From: a virus
Strand: one strand, 5' to 3'
Virus record (IMG/VR): IMGVR_UViG_3300024264_000019
Span: 1-64,000 of that record
DNA length: 64,000 nucleotides
Positions within the stretch are counted from its first letter, which is position 1; the number at the start of each line of letters is the position of its first letter. The notes below the pieces were generated by a model. The model was not told where the DNA came from. It worked only from the letters and a program-made list of their open reading frames with translations, and searched no databases. Positions 1 through 10,635 of the stretch are shown one piece after another. The position numbers and the translations under genes were made by a program.

Positions 1-105
1 CACGATTGGTTCGTAACCTTGGCGTGACCAACTAATTTTCCATAAGTCAATAAGTTCGTTTTGGGAAGGGTGGTTGATATTCTGGTAGTATGTGTAAATT
101 TTCAC
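1..105 (-). CDS. Partial ORF running off the window start; glycosyltransferase-like N-terminus
   Basis: GTG at 105 reads MKIYTYYQNINHPSQNELIDLWKISWSRQGYEPIV and is open to the window edge; it follows the sulfotransferase genes in the same direction. Confidence 0.45.
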   Translation of the reverse strand, partial: MKIYTYYQNINHPSQNELIDLWKISWSRQGYEPIV

Positions 106-210
106 GGTAAATTATGCTATGCGCGTTTTCACCTCTTTTACAAAATCAAAGTTGAATCTGTTGATTCTGTTTCTTTTATGTAATTAAGAAGGTCTTTTGA
201 ATTATTCGCC

Positions 211-861
211 TTAATATTCATACCCTTTTAATTCTATTAAACTTTTTTCTTTTTCTGCGACTAATTCAATAGTCTTCTTGGTGTAAATATTTGCATATCC
301 AGTTTTAGTAGAGCTTTTATTAGAGTGAAGGAGAGGTGAATGCGAAACGTTAACTTTATCACATAAAAATTTAAATTCTTCGTTTAAATTTTCAAATTCC
401 GCTATATGCGAAACCATGATTTTATTATCTTTATCTGTGTAATAGTCACTTTGGCAATTATTGCCAATAATGATATTTTTTAATATTTTTTCATCTGTTC
501 TATTTTTAAATAACTCTTCGCATATTTTGCCTTGATTGATATTGGGGGTGTTCCATGTGATGTTTGCGTCTTTATTTTTGTATTTTTCTGCATACTCTTT
601 TAAATATTTAAAAAAACTGTAATAACGATCCCACGGATTACGAACGATAACAAAAGAAAAATAATCAGAAAAGTTTTTGTTTAGTTTTTGCAATGAATTG
701 CGACATTGTTGTGCAGTTCCGTGTTGATAAAAATCAGCATTTAAATTTGGTTCACCAATAATATCAATTATATTTTGTGGTACAAAAGTTTCTCGCAAAG
801 ACCTTGTAGCAGTTTTGGGAATATCAATTGTTATGAATTTATTTTTGTGGGAAATTAGCAT
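211..861 (-). CDS. Sulfotransferase (Sulfotransfer_2-like)
   Basis: 5'-PSB-like motif FITIDIPKTATRS and 3'-PB-like motif FVIVRNPWDRYYS. Confidence 0.8.
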   Translation of the reverse strand: MLISHKNKFITIDIPKTATRSLRETFVPQNIIDIIGEPNLNADFYQHGTAQQCRNSLQKLNKNFSDYFSFVIVRNPWDRYYSFFKYLKEYAEKYKNKDANITWNTPNINQGKICEELFKNRTDEKILKNIIIGNNCQSDYYTDKDNKIMVSHIAEFENLNEEFKFLCDKVNVSHSPLLHSNKSSTKTGYANIYTKKTIELVAEKEKSLIELKGYEY

Positions 862-870
862 ACAACGAAT

Positions 871-3756
871 TTATTTTTGCGAGTATTTATTGAATACTTT
901 TTGGTCAAAAAAAGTTCTTTCTTGGAATTTAGATAAAGCTAATTCGGAAACTTCTTTTTTATCTATTTTTTTTGAGTTTTTGTTTTTATTATAATTGAAC
1001 TTGCTTAAATTTAAGTTTGGGTGCACTTTATTAATATCAGAAAAAACCAAGTCGTCGCAAATTTTATAAACTTCATCCAATAAAACATCGATATCGTGAA
1101 CTTCGCAAGTTCGAAATAAATTAAAAATTTCACAAAACAACTGGTAAACATTTTCATTTAAGATTTCTGAATCTGGTAGATCTAGAAGGTTTCTAATTAA
1201 CCAAGAATCTTCAGCCTCTGAACTGGATATATACTGATCAAAAGTTAACAACCCTAGGGATTTATGATTTGGCTCATGTGATGAAATAGATGAGTTGATA
1301 TAATTGTATAAAGAAACCGCTCTTTCGAAAGGATCTCTAATGGTGGTATACATGAGGAAACCAAAATCATTTACATTAAATAATTTAACGAATTCATCTA
1401 CGAACCTAAGGCCATTAGGTAAGACGTCTACCTTATGAGGTATAATTGATTCTAAAAAATCTTTACTTAAATTTTCATAACTGATAGTGAATTCATTACC
1501 ATTTGTATTATCTACTGGTTTTAAGATTTTACTATTCAAGTCGTTTTGATTAAAATTTAATTTAAAACCAGAAATTCTAAAAATTCCACGACCAGAGTTG
1601 TCTCTAACTGTATAATGCCTTATTCTAAATAATTGATTCATTGATTTTTCATCTAGCGAAAATTCACGAAGCATAGAAGCTCTTTTAGCGCAAGTAAACT
1701 TTTCTGATTTACTAATTACATAACTACCACCATTTTTGGGCACGTGAAAAAACATTGGAATAATATTTTTTTTATTTTTAAGATTCGAATACTTTTGAAA
1801 AGTTTCTTTTTTTTGATTAAATTTTTCTTCAAAATTAAAATTATTTTCTGTTTTGTTTATTTTAAAACCGATGAGATCACTTCTTAATTCCTCTAGTTTT
1901 TGTTGGCTGTTATTAATTTGCTCAATCTCCTCTATTTTATTTTTAGAAAATATATGAAAAAAATGATAATTTAACTCGTTCTGGATTTCAAAAATTTTTA
2001 AAGACTGAGGGTCGAGATGTTTTTTTTCAACTTGAAATTTATTCTTAGATTCATTTTTTTGAACCATGTAATCAAACCAATCAGTAGGTATATCTTCAGG
2101 AGTGATATCGTAAATATTTTTATAGACGACTGAGATTTGTTTGAATAAAGAATCTGTATCATCTTGCACATTGTTCATTTTAATGAAATGTATTTTTTCT
2201 GAAATTGCTTCAAAGGTATTAATGTGTTTAGTATTAATTTCTTGAAAACTAGGAATCATTAATAACCTTCTCAAAAACCAACCATCTTCTTGCTCAATAC
2301 CCGAAATAAAATCATTAAAGGAATTTAAATTTTCTTGTTTGTTTTTATTTTCATATCCACCACGACTAAACTCCGACAGGGTTTTTTCAAAAGGATCTCT
2401 CAACACTGTAAACGGAGAAAAATAATAAAATTTATCATCAAAAACTTTCTTTAAATCAAGGATTTTTTCTACACCCTCTGGATAAACGAAAACGCTGAAG
2501 GGGAAAAATTTATTTAATAAATTTTTATCAAAATCTTTTAAGTTTATTTCGTAATGGTTTGAGTTTTCGTGTTTTAATATTTTATTTGATAACATTTCCT
2601 TAGTATCTTCCGACCTGAGTGAAATAAATACTGAAAATATATATTGACCTTTTTCTACGACGCTAACTCTAGCTGCGCTAAAAAGATCGCAAGGTAATTT
2701 TTTCTCATGGTAGAAGCGGTGAAAACAATGCATTAAACCTAGGGTTGTTATTCCAGCTTGTTTAGGTATATGAAAAAACAAGGGTATCCCAATTTTTGAT
2801 ATAGATGGAGTGAAGAATTTTTTTGAAAAGTTTAAAACTTCTTCACAATTTTTATTAGATATTGAACTAGCTTTAGCTTCTAATAAAAGTGGGTCACCAT
2901 CTCCATATGAAAAATTATTTTTAGATGTTTTATGGTGCAGCAGGAATGTTTTCGGGTAATGTTTTAAGAATGTTTCTTTGTTGACATTTTGATCGGAATC
3001 ATCACACGCATTGGTTATATAATCTATATCTAGTAATTGATTAAAGTCATTAAAAAAACCTTCGGGACATTCTTTCCTTCTCCACTCATCTATAGCTATA
3101 TCAAAATTTAGTTGTTTTTTTCCATTTTTTACTGCGCTTTCCATATAAGCTTCAGATTTATTCAAAATTTCTTTTAAGTCTTTAGTGTTTTGATAAATAG
3201 CTATTCCATTGAGGTGATCTTTATAATCTAGTATTCTGTGCCATCTAGAAACGCCTTTATATTTGGAGCCAGCAATAGAAAAACTGTTTTCAATAGAGAA
3301 TTTTAATAACGCATCAAACCAATAATCTTGAACAATTTGAATATCAGATTCTAAAAGCAAGAAGTTTTTATATTGAGAAAATTGACTTAATAAAACTTTC
3401 AGAGAATCAAAGAAAGAGATAGCTGGACCCGAGCACAAACCCAATCTAGGAATTTTAACCTCTTTTTGAATATCATTAGTTTTCCAAGATGGTTTATATA
3501 TATTATCTTCATCTTTAATGTTTAATATTTTAATATATACCTTATTAATAAATTGACTATCAGCATATTGCAGTAATCTTTCATAATTATCTTCACTTGA
3601 TTTATCAAAAAATAGAAATAAATCAAAAGAGTTTTCGTTGGAAGGAGTGTTTTTTAAAATTTTTACTATAGAACTTTCTAAAAGTCCACTCTCATATTCT
3701 TTTTTTGTACTAGGGTAAAAAACAGCTAAATCTAGTGAGTGTTTGAGGTCCGTCAT
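871..3756 (-). CDS. Multidomain protein: glycosyltransferase-like N-terminus plus two sulfotransferase-like domains
   Basis: N-terminal LLLESD acidic motif; two motif pairs, FFHIPKQAG...LRDPFEKTLS and FFHVPKNGGS...IRDPFERAVSLY. Confidence 0.65.
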   Translation of the reverse strand: MTDLKHSLDLAVFYPSTKKEYESGLLESSIVKILKNTPSNENSFDLFLFFDKSSEDNYERLLQYADSQFINKVYIKILNIKDEDNIYKPSWKTNDIQKEVKIPRLGLCSGPAISFFDSLKVLLSQFSQYKNFLLLESDIQIVQDYWFDALLKFSIENSFSIAGSKYKGVSRWHRILDYKDHLNGIAIYQNTKDLKEILNKSEAYMESAVKNGKKQLNFDIAIDEWRRKECPEGFFNDFNQLLDIDYITNACDDSDQNVNKETFLKHYPKTFLLHHKTSKNNFSYGDGDPLLLEAKASSISNKNCEEVLNFSKKFFTPSISKIGIPLFFHIPKQAGITTLGLMHCFHRFYHEKKLPCDLFSAARVSVVEKGQYIFSVFISLRSEDTKEMLSNKILKHENSNHYEINLKDFDKNLLNKFFPFSVFVYPEGVEKILDLKKVFDDKFYYFSPFTVLRDPFEKTLSEFSRGGYENKNKQENLNSFNDFISGIEQEDGWFLRRLLMIPSFQEINTKHINTFEAISEKIHFIKMNNVQDDTDSLFKQISVVYKNIYDITPEDIPTDWFDYMVQKNESKNKFQVEKKHLDPQSLKIFEIQNELNYHFFHIFSKNKIEEIEQINNSQQKLEELRSDLIGFKINKTENNFNFEEKFNQKKETFQKYSNLKNKKNIIPMFFHVPKNGGSYVISKSEKFTCAKRASMLREFSLDEKSMNQLFRIRHYTVRDNSGRGIFRISGFKLNFNQNDLNSKILKPVDNTNGNEFTISYENLSKDFLESIIPHKVDVLPNGLRFVDEFVKLFNVNDFGFLMYTTIRDPFERAVSLYNYINSSISSHEPNHKSLGLLTFDQYISSSEAEDSWLIRNLLDLPDSEILNENVYQLFCEIFNLFRTCEVHDIDVLLDEVYKICDDLVFSDINKVHPNLNLSKFNYNKNKNSKKIDKKEVSELALSKFQERTFFDQKVFNKYSQK

Positions 3757-3829
3757 GCTGTTTTAATATACACAAGAATAAAAATTTTAACAGCATAATT
3801 GATTTAAAATCAATAAAAAGTATAATGTT

Positions 3830-4201
3830 ATGTGTAAAAGTTCATTAATGGAATTGTCAAATATAATTGGAGTTGTTTTTGCGGAGATGCATGAAGATGA
3901 CACTAATCAGTTATTAAGTCAAATGTCTAAATCTCAACTTGAGACTGGTAGAGATTTTTTTTACATATTTTCAGAAAATAAAAAAGTAAAAGATAAAATT
4001 ACTAAAACTTGTTTTAGGGATTTAGCTTTTAGCGGTTTAAGTAATGATGATGAAGTTGAAATATTAAAGGGGATTGATTATATTATATCGTCAAAAGAAT
4101 TTAAGGAAGATAAAGCTTTGCAAAAAAAAACCATTATAATTCCATCTGAAGAGTCTTTTTATTTTGATATTGAAGAAAGCATGATTAATAAAATCTTATG
4201 A
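3830..4201 (+). CDS. Hypothetical protein
   Basis: 123-aa ORF preceded by TTGATT-16-TATAAT; ATGA overlap with the next gene. Confidence 0.6.
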   Translation: MCKSSLMELSNIIGVVFAEMHEDDTNQLLSQMSKSQLETGRDFFYIFSENKKVKDKITKTCFRDLAFSGLSNDDEVEILKGIDYIISSKEFKEDKALQKKTIIIPSEESFYFDIEESMINKIL

Positions 4202-5067
4202 AAAAGTTTAGTTTTATAGCTGTTTCCAGAAACGATAATTATGGAGGAGACGCAAAAAAAAGATTAGAGAATACTATAAACTTACTTGGAGATTTAATTA
4301 TTGAATCTGGACATTGTGAAATATTTGAAATAATAATTGTTGATTGGGGGTCTTTCCTACCTAGCTTGCATAAAGTTTTAAATATAAATAAAAAAATTAA
4401 AAAATTAATAAAATTTATTATTGTTCCATTTGGGATCGTTAATTATTATAATAGGGAATCATGCTTCTCAGAAGTCCACGCAATGAATTGTGGATTTAGG
4501 AGGATGTCTGGAGATTTTTTTATAAGAATTGATCAGGATACAATAGTTGGAGAGAGATTCATAAAATACTTAATAGAATCCGATGAGATACCAAGCGTTG
4601 CTTTTTCAGGAAGGAGAGATTTTGATAAAGATCAAGATGGGTCGATTAATTATTATAAAAATATAATCAAGAGTGAAAAAAGTTTAGAAGTCCCTATAAT
4701 TCATTACGAAAACGCTTACAATAACTTAAAGAAAGGTAATTTTTCTTGTTTTTATGGAGGAGCTGTTGGGTGCCTAATGGTTAAAAGAAAGGCTTTTGAA
4801 AAAGTCAGTGGTTTTAATGAAGAATTAGTTTTTTTAAATCAAATGGATGTTGATTTGTTTAATAGGCTTTCCGTACATTATAATATATATAATTTAGGGT
4901 TGAAAGTTGATTTTGATTTTTACCATCAATACCATGATCGTTCTGACAATTTAAGTAGAGCTCCGAATTCTATAGCTTACAGGAGAGAAGTTTTACCGAA
5001 TAACAACCCCATAGACTGGGGTTTGAATAGCGAAGATTTAGAGGTTTATCAGTATGATGACAAATAA
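4198..5067 (+). CDS. Glycosyltransferase family 2-like protein
   Basis: SRNDNYGG, EIIIVDWGS, AMNCGFRR, RIDQD (DxD), GFNEE motifs. Confidence 0.75.
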   Translation: MKKFSFIAVSRNDNYGGDAKKRLENTINLLGDLIIESGHCEIFEIIIVDWGSFLPSLHKVLNINKKIKKLIKFIIVPFGIVNYYNRESCFSEVHAMNCGFRRMSGDFFIRIDQDTIVGERFIKYLIESDEIPSVAFSGRRDFDKDQDGSINYYKNIIKSEKSLEVPIIHYENAYNNLKKGNFSCFYGGAVGCLMVKRKAFEKVSGFNEELVFLNQMDVDLFNRLSVHYNIYNLGLKVDFDFYHQYHDRSDNLSRAPNSIAYRREVLPNNNPIDWGLNSEDLEVYQYDDK

Positions 5068-5068
5068 A

Positions 5069-6085
5069 TCATTTGCATAAAAATTTAGAAATATCTGTGA
5101 CAAAAAAATCCGAATAAGTATGTTTTTTAGTTGGAGCGTCTAACCAATTATATTTTGATATTAACCTCCAGCAGTTATCAATTGAATTACTTTCAGTTTT
5201 TATAACTCCTCTTGAAGGGTCTGGTACAAATCCTGGAATTTTATTTTCTATAAAGTTTTTGATATTACATTTTTCTCTATATAAAGATTTGTGGTTATGG
5301 ATGCATTTTACAAAGCCAGATATGCCTATATTTTTGCAGTTAACCCCGAGCTTTATTAGTTTGTCTATTAATAATATTTCACAAAGGTTAGTTCCTAGAT
5401 GCTGGGAAAAATCATTTAAGTTATTTTTTATAAGCTGTAAGGAGTTAAATTTAAAAGCCCAAGCGTCTGAACTCCATGGTTCTAAGTAAGGGAGGTCTTC
5501 ATATCGATCTATTGATTTATTTTTAAATTCTTCATCAGACCATTTTTCCACAAAAAGATTCTTTCCAACATCTAATTTATTGTTTACATATTCATATCTA
5601 GTCATCGAAAGAAAGAGGGGTGTTGGTCTTTTTTCAAAATTTATATATTTTAAAGTTTTTATAGATTCATCGAAATAACAATCAGAATTAGATATTAGAT
5701 ATATATTATTATTGTTATCGAAGTGATTATTTAAAATATACTCAAAGGCTATTTTGTAATTAAGCCTTAGTTTAATAGATATTATTTTACATTTACGACT
5801 ATACCCGAAGATTTTTTTTACATTTTTACCATCTATATTTTCGGTGAATAAAAAAATTTCATCTATAAGTTTATTGTTTATGTTTTTTTTTATAGATTCT
5901 ATAATTTCTAAATTTCTAGATTCATTTAAACTTTGATGATACTGTGTTATTAGGATGGTTTTTCTGTTAGACTCTGGCTTTTTAAACTCACTTAAATTAG
6001 GGTGAATTGAAGACTCTACTCCTGATTTTACTAATTCAGAAATTGATTGATGAGTTTTATTGACAGCTTTCACAGGACTCACCAT
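5069..6085 (-). CDS. Glycosyltransferase-like protein
   Basis: ISNSDCYFD DxD-like motif, LSMTRY and SSDAWAF motifs; lies within the glycan-modification cluster. Confidence 0.5.
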   Translation of the reverse strand: MVSPVKAVNKTHQSISELVKSGVESSIHPNLSEFKKPESNRKTILITQYHQSLNESRNLEIIESIKKNINNKLIDEIFLFTENIDGKNVKKIFGYSRKCKIISIKLRLNYKIAFEYILNNHFDNNNNIYLISNSDCYFDESIKTLKYINFEKRPTPLFLSMTRYEYVNNKLDVGKNLFVEKWSDEEFKNKSIDRYEDLPYLEPWSSDAWAFKFNSLQLIKNNLNDFSQHLGTNLCEILLIDKLIKLGVNCKNIGISGFVKCIHNHKSLYREKCNIKNFIENKIPGFVPDPSRGVIKTESNSIDNCWRLISKYNWLDAPTKKHTYSDFFVTDISKFLCK

Positions 6086-8495
6086 TCTTCATAGCTTCTA
6101 TACTGCAAGATTTTGGTTCATTATCTTCTGATTTTTCAATTTTAGTAGCAGCTCTATTCCTTAAATAATAGGTTGTTTTTAAACCTTTCTCCCAGCAGGA
6201 CATATATAAATCATTGAGATATTTTAATGAAGTTCCACTATTATATAAGTTGAAACTTATGGATTGATCAATCCATTTTTGTCTAGCAGCGGTACAGTCA
6301 ATGAGTTTAAACATGTCTCTATCAAACGCAGTCTTATATTTCTCTTTTAAGTCTTCTGGGATATTAGTATTTGCTATTGATAAGTCACCATCAACCCCCT
6401 TGATGAAGTTAGAAATTTCAGGATTCCATAAGCCTCTATCCTTCATGTCTTGAACGAAATAAGGGTTAGTTATATAAAAATTACCACTCTTGTTTTCATA
6501 AACAAATAAAACAGAAAAATTTGGCTCAATACTTTGTTCAACACCATTAATATAACCAATGGTGGCTGTAGGCGCTATAGCCATAACGTTAGAGTTTCTC
6601 ATTCCATGATCACGAACGTGAGATCTAACTTCCGTCCAGTCATTGAGAGTTTGACCGTCACCAGTTAACGGTTTTTCTGTAGCTGATTTATTGGGGTTTT
6701 CCGAATTACTTTTATAAGCTATTAAATTATTGTAAGAATCGATAGGGAAAACGTCTTGTGACCAAAGCGAACCTTCGTAAGTTTCATAGGAACCTCTTTC
6801 TTGAGCGAGCATTGAACTCGCGTGAATAGCATTTAACGAATAAAACTCAAAAAGCTTGTCATTGAATGCTATAGATTCATTACTATCAATGTTTATATTC
6901 TTGATGTGAAGGATATCATGAATACCCATCATTCCTAAACCAATAGGTCTATTTTTAAGGTTGGAGTTACTAGCTTCTTTAGTTGGGTAAAAATTAATAT
7001 CAATAACGTTATCAAGCATTCTAATGGCTGTGTGAATGGTTGATTTGAGTAGTTCATAATTTAGGTCTCCATCAACCATGTGGTTAACTAGGTTGATAGA
7101 ACCAAGGTTACAAACAGCGGTTTCTCCGATTTTTACTTTTTCCCCGCTTTTATACTCGGACGCTTTAGTATGAAGAGTAATCTCTGTGCATAAATTTGAG
7201 CTGTGAACGACGCCTTCATGTTGGTTGGTATACCTAATGTTACAGGGATCTTTAAACGTGTTCCAGGGGTGAGACGTTTCAAAAAGAACTTTTAACATTT
7301 TTTTCCACAATTCTTTTGCGGTTGTGATGCGATAGTTTTTAATTAAACCTTCTTCTGCTTGATCACATAGTTTGTTATACTTTTTATCAAATTCCTCCCC
7401 AAAACAATCGTGAAGATCTGAATCTTTAGGGTCAAAAAAGTACCAAACATCTTCATTTTTAACTCTGCGCATGAATTCATCTGGTATCCAGGACGCTGTA
7501 TTCATATCGTGACATCTTAATCTATCATCCCCAGTGTTCCTTCTTAGGTTTAGGAATTCCTCAAAATCCAAATGCCAAGGCTCGAGATATGCGCACCCAG
7601 CGCCTGGGCGTTTACCGCCTTGGTTTACTGCAATCAAGAGGTCGTTATAAATTTTTAACCAAGGAATTAAGCCGCTAGAAATACCACTAGTTCCTAAAAT
7701 ATTCGAACCTGTTGATCTAAAAGGTGTAACATCTAGACCTAAACCTCCAGCAAATTTTGATTTCCTAGCTTCTTGCCAGGCTCCATCAAAGATACCATCT
7801 ATACTATCATCAAAAGTATTAAGGTAGCAAGAGCTTAATTGAGAGTGGGTCGTTCCACTATTGAATAACGTTGGGGTGGATGGAGTATAAAGCATACTAC
7901 TTATCAAATTATAAAATTCAATAGCCTTTTCGTTTTTATTTTTTTCATTGATAGCTAAACCCATAGCTACTCTCATCCAGAAAGATTGAGGAGCCTCTGA
8001 GCATTTACCATCAACCCTTAAGAAATATCTATCAGTTAATATTTGGATACCTAAGTATTTAAAATTTAAATCCCTTCGTATTTTTAGAGATTCAGATAAT
8101 TTAGGGAGATCAAAAGTTAGGAGTTCCTTATTTAGTCTTTTTTCTTTTACTAACTTTTTAATGTTTTGAATAAAACTCTTCCTGTATTGTAGTTTAAAAG
8201 CGTCTGAGTCAACACCTTCCTTAAACACCTCTTTGTATAAGTTGTTTAGCAATAACCTTGCCGCAGCAAGCGAGTAATTAGGCTCTTTTTCAATCTTCTC
8301 CCTTGCTGATAATATTAAAGCTTTATCAATATCTTTAGTCGGAATCTTATCAAAAAGTTGTAATTGAGCATCTAGTACTATTTCACTAGGAGACACATCT
8401 TCAATACCTTCACAAGCTCTTTGCGCGCTAGCATTTATCTTATCAACCTGGAAGTCTTCGAGTCTACCGTTTCTTTTTTTTATTTTAATTTGCAT
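6057..8495 (-). CDS. nrdA: Ribonucleoside-diphosphate reductase class Ia alpha subunit with N-terminal ATP cone
   Basis: IKKRNG ATP cone; TPTLFNSG, QLSSCYL, SNLCTEI, VCNLGSIN, AIAPTAT and TTYYLR motifs; C-terminal CESC. Confidence 0.95.
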   Translation of the reverse strand: MQIKIKKRNGRLEDFQVDKINASAQRACEGIEDVSPSEIVLDAQLQLFDKIPTKDIDKALILSAREKIEKEPNYSLAAARLLLNNLYKEVFKEGVDSDAFKLQYRKSFIQNIKKLVKEKRLNKELLTFDLPKLSESLKIRRDLNFKYLGIQILTDRYFLRVDGKCSEAPQSFWMRVAMGLAINEKNKNEKAIEFYNLISSMLYTPSTPTLFNSGTTHSQLSSCYLNTFDDSIDGIFDGAWQEARKSKFAGGLGLDVTPFRSTGSNILGTSGISSGLIPWLKIYNDLLIAVNQGGKRPGAGCAYLEPWHLDFEEFLNLRRNTGDDRLRCHDMNTASWIPDEFMRRVKNEDVWYFFDPKDSDLHDCFGEEFDKKYNKLCDQAEEGLIKNYRITTAKELWKKMLKVLFETSHPWNTFKDPCNIRYTNQHEGVVHSSNLCTEITLHTKASEYKSGEKVKIGETAVCNLGSINLVNHMVDGDLNYELLKSTIHTAIRMLDNVIDINFYPTKEASNSNLKNRPIGLGMMGIHDILHIKNINIDSNESIAFNDKLFEFYSLNAIHASSMLAQERGSYETYEGSLWSQDVFPIDSYNNLIAYKSNSENPNKSATEKPLTGDGQTLNDWTEVRSHVRDHGMRNSNVMAIAPTATIGYINGVEQSIEPNFSVLFVYENKSGNFYITNPYFVQDMKDRGLWNPEISNFIKGVDGDLSIANTNIPEDLKEKYKTAFDRDMFKLIDCTAARQKWIDQSISFNLYNSGTSLKYLNDLYMSCWEKGLKTTYYLRNRAATKIEKSEDNEPKSCSIEAMKNGESCESCQ

Positions 8496-8645
8496 GGTTT
8501 TATTTTAATTACACTTTTGATCGCCAATCTTTAAAGATAATACAATAAAAGATTAACTTTTACAAGAAAAAAAACTTTTTTCCTATATAATATAATTATA
8601 ATATATATATAATATTATTTATAAAATAAATTTTATGGAAAATAC

Positions 8646-8674
8646 TTGACATAATACAATTAATTTGTTAAAAT
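8646..8674 (+). promoter_or_regulatory. Sigma70-type promoter
   Basis: TTGACA-17 nt-TAAAAT upstream of the rightward operon starting at 8694. Confidence 0.6.
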
Positions 8675-8693
8675 GATTCTTACATAAATATAA

Positions 8694-9002
8694 ATGAAAA
8701 ACATTTCCACACAAAGAATAATCGAAAATGACATAGAAAGCATGTATCACATATCTTCAGCAGACTGGGAATCAATTATAATTGAAACATCCCATGATAA
8801 AGCTGTTTCAAAATGCATGGAAGATATGTTTGACATTTATGGTCAAAACTTAAATATAAGTCCAGCAATCATATCTGTCGACATGACTAGGTTTTCATTA
8901 AATTTCAATGAGGATCATACTAAAATATATTCTACATCAATGGTCCTCTCTGATATAGGCAAACACGACTTAGCTAAAAAATTTAAAAAAATAATGGAAT
9001 GA
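8694..9002 (+). CDS. Hypothetical protein
   Basis: 102-aa ORF; ATGA overlap with the downstream kinase. Confidence 0.65.
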   Translation: MKNISTQRIIENDIESMYHISSADWESIIIETSHDKAVSKCMEDMFDIYGQNLNISPAIISVDMTRFSLNFNEDHTKIYSTSMVLSDIGKHDLAKKFKKIME

Positions 9003-9559
9003 TAATTGGAGTATCAGGAGTAGCGAGGAGCGGAAAAGATACATTCTTTAACCTCCTAAAAACGAACTTAAGAGGTAAGGAGTATGGAGTTTGTAAAAGA
9101 TTTGCTTTTGCAGATGAAATAAAAAAAGAGCTGAACAAAATAACGATTCCCAATTTTGGCATAGACTGCACTAAGGTCCCAAATAAAGATAAAGAGAAAG
9201 TTAGACCGTTAATGGTAGCTTACGGAACCCACTTAGCGAGATCTATAAATTCTAATCACTGGATAAATAGAATAAAACCTCATGTCGAGTCACATTATAA
9301 ATCGGGAGGCATATGCGTTATAACTGATGTTAGATATCCCAATGAACAAGAATTTATCAAAGAAAATTTTGAGCATTCTTTCAATGTTCATATTCATAGA
9401 TTTGGATTTGATCCAATAAATGAAGAAGAGGAGAGTAACGCTCCACTACTTCAACAAAAATCAGACTATCAAATATCTTGGAAGACTTTTAATAATGTAA
9501 ATGAAGGAGACGCCCTAGTTCAAGGGTTTATTAATGAAAAACTCAGAAGAAGAGAATGA
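8999..9559 (+). CDS. Deoxynucleoside monophosphate kinase
   Basis: P-loop GVARSGKDT, FAFADEIK and ITDVRYPNE motifs typical of phage dNMP kinases. Confidence 0.8.
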   Translation: MIIGVSGVARSGKDTFFNLLKTNLRGKEYGVCKRFAFADEIKKELNKITIPNFGIDCTKVPNKDKEKVRPLMVAYGTHLARSINSNHWINRIKPHVESHYKSGGICVITDVRYPNEQEFIKENFEHSFNVHIHRFGFDPINEEEESNAPLLQQKSDYQISWKTFNNVNEGDALVQGFINEKLRRRE

Positions 9560-10136
9560 AATTTTAAAAAATATACAAAAAGGACGAAACACATCCTTAA
9601 ACCTTAACAAGATATTAGATCTCCACTCTAATATCTTTTACAAGATATGTAATAAGTATATGTACTCTAGTTTTCATTTTCATAGGGAAGACTTCCTTAT
9701 GGATAAAAATCTATTTATTTATCAATGCATATTAGATTATAAATTTGATAAAGGTGCTAAATTTAGCACCTATTTAGCTAGTAGGGTTAAATGGTTTTGC
9801 CTGAATTTTTCCAGAAAACATAAAAGAACATCTAGTAATGTATTTAATATGGATAAAGACTGCATGGAATCAATGCCTTGCCCTTCTGGAGACCGCTCTA
9901 ATAATAACTCTTATAACGCTGAAAATAAAGATACGTTAACATCTTTCATAGAAAATCTTAAAAAAAATAAAGATAAAAGACTTTACAAAATATTCCATTT
10001 AAGGTATATTAAAGGTAAACACAACTCTGTTATGCCTTGGTCAGAAGTTTCAAAAAACCCTGACATTAACCTAAGTATACAGGGTTGCATAAATGTTCAC
10101 GATAAATATTTAACAAAAATAAGAAAGGAAAAATAA
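9534..10136 (+). CDS. Sigma-70-like RNA polymerase sigma factor
   Basis: Region-2-like YKFDKGAKFSTYLASRVKW and a C-terminal HTH-like segment (IFHLRY...MPWSEVS). Confidence 0.65.
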   Translation: MKNSEEENEILKNIQKGRNTSLNLNKILDLHSNIFYKICNKYMYSSFHFHREDFLMDKNLFIYQCILDYKFDKGAKFSTYLASRVKWFCLNFSRKHKRTSSNVFNMDKDCMESMPCPSGDRSNNNSYNAENKDTLTSFIENLKKNKDKRLYKIFHLRYIKGKHNSVMPWSEVSKNPDINLSIQGCINVHDKYLTKIRKEK

Positions 10137-10137
10137 T

Positions 10138-10635
10138 ATGGCTTACTACTTAAATCAATTTCACTGCATAGGTAATCTAGTTGCCGCGCCAGAATTAAAA
10201 AGCGCTGGGCAAAATAAAGTTTGCAAATTCAGGATAGCTGTTAATAACCCCCATAATGAAAAAGCTTTATTTTTCTATATTGATGTTTGGGGGAGGGAGG
10301 GTGAAAAATGCATGATGCTCAAAAAAGGAGCTCAAGTATTTATCTCAAACGCTTCAATTATACCAAAGCAATATACAAAAACAAGCTCTCAAGGCGAAGA
10401 ATTAACTTGTACAACCTTCACTGTTAATGTCGATGGATATTGCGGTAAAATCCAATTTGGACCAAAAGTTGAAATTGAAAACTCTGAAAAAACTTCTACC
10501 AGCAAAAACTACAAAAGCAAAAAAAATAAGAAGGAAAAGGTTGAAGAAGAAATTTCAGATTCACCCAGTGATACAGTCATTAACTCTGAACCAGATGAAG
10601 AACATGATTCGTTTGCTGAAGAATTTGAGTTTTAA
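10138..10635 (+). CDS. ssb: Single-stranded DNA-binding protein
   Basis: IGNLVAAPELK, FRIAVN and VWGREGE OB-fold motifs; acidic C-terminal tail ending EEFEF. Confidence 0.85.
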   Translation: MAYYLNQFHCIGNLVAAPELKSAGQNKVCKFRIAVNNPHNEKALFFYIDVWGREGEKCMMLKKGAQVFISNASIIPKQYTKTSSQGEELTCTTFTVNVDGYCGKIQFGPKVEIENSEKTSTSKNYKSKKNKKEKVEEEISDSPSDTVINSEPDEEHDSFAEEFEF

